The notes below the pieces were generated by a model. The model saw nothing but the letters and a program-made list of their open reading frames with translations. It did no database searches and was not told the DNA's origin. A stretch of DNA of 33,369 bases from a virus: IMG/VR virus record IMGVR_UViG_3300025890_000010. The stretch is one strand, 5' to 3'. The translations under genes were made by a program, and so were the position numbers. The stretch's first letter is position 1; the number at the start of each line of letters is the position of its first letter. This document shows, one piece after another, positions 33,193 to 33,369 of this stretch.

Positions 33193-33369
33193 TTATTGGT
33201 CTAGATAATCGGGTAGGTTATGCATCGTGAAGCTTCCCCAACGCGTGCTATACGTGCCGGTTTCTTTTGCTTCTGCGATTTCTTGTAATGCTGTTTCAAC
33301 AACGCCTGTCGCGTATTCTAATGCTTCTGTGTCAAGCGTGTGGAAGTGCGCAGGGTAGGGCCATTCTTT
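33193..33369 (-). CDS. C-terminal end of the PD-(D/E)XK exonuclease; 33271..33369 duplicates 1..99 and 33193..33270 encodes the last 25 residues plus the stop
   Basis: The frame continues from 1..747 across the junction: ...QEIAE-AKETGTYSTRWGSFTMHNLPDYLDQ, then TAA at 33195..33193. The full protein is 274 aa. Confidence 0.8.
   Translation of the reverse strand, partial: KEWPYPAHFHTLDTEALEYATGVVETALQEIAEAKETGTYSTRWGSFTMHNLPDYLDQ
33271..33369. repeat. Second copy of the 99-bp terminal duplication
   Basis: Identical to 1..99. Confidence 0.95.

Noticed and set aside
1-33369. tRNA genes, integrase/attP, and a lysogeny repressor/antirepressor pair
   Set aside because: No T-loop-like GTTCGAATC-type sequences or cloverleaf candidates were noticed. 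There is no tyrosine integrase or full-length serine integrase. The lifestyle cannot be decided from the sequence alone.

Overview
This window is a complete, compact tailed-phage genome of about 33.27 kb unique sequence. It looks podovirus-like and encodes no DNA or RNA polymerase. Bases 1..99 are identical to 33271..33369, so the record is a circular assembly (or a terminally redundant genome) opened inside a gene. A PD-(D/E)XK exonuclease CDS runs off the left edge and finishes at 33193 on the right. Strand, start/stop overlaps and hairpins suggest three transcription units. (1) A rightward early operon, 2474..6079, has about ten small genes rich in DNA-binding folds and ends at a hairpin plus T-run at 6176..6199. 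(2) A leftward early/replication operon starts at a 50-aa ribbon-helix-helix gene (2317) that the ORF track misses. It runs through RuvC-like resolvase, a 2-TM peptide, an orphan N6/N4 methyltransferase and the exonuclease. It then wraps around to a T7 gp2.5-like SSB, a primase/helicase and three small genes, ending at a strong terminator at 29402..29451. (3) A long minus-strand late operon runs from terS (29056) and terL through tail fibres, internal virion proteins, portal, scaffold and capsid to a lysis cassette ending at 6198. Five things are worth a second look. First, a 16-bp motif TTTRGTACTTGTATAA recurs six times; two copies form a perfect inverted repeat beside the hidden RHH gene. 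Second, an iteron-plus-AT-rich origin-like region lies next to the primase/helicase gene. Third, a 477-bp non-coding control region lies upstream of terS. Fourth, three tiny hyper-basic proteins sit in the structural operon, two of them absent from the ORF track. Fifth, a 2-TM lysis-cassette protein carries an EF-hand-like calcium loop. No tRNA, CRISPR array, full-length integrase or reverse transcriptase was seen. All family assignments come from reading motifs by eye, not from searches.
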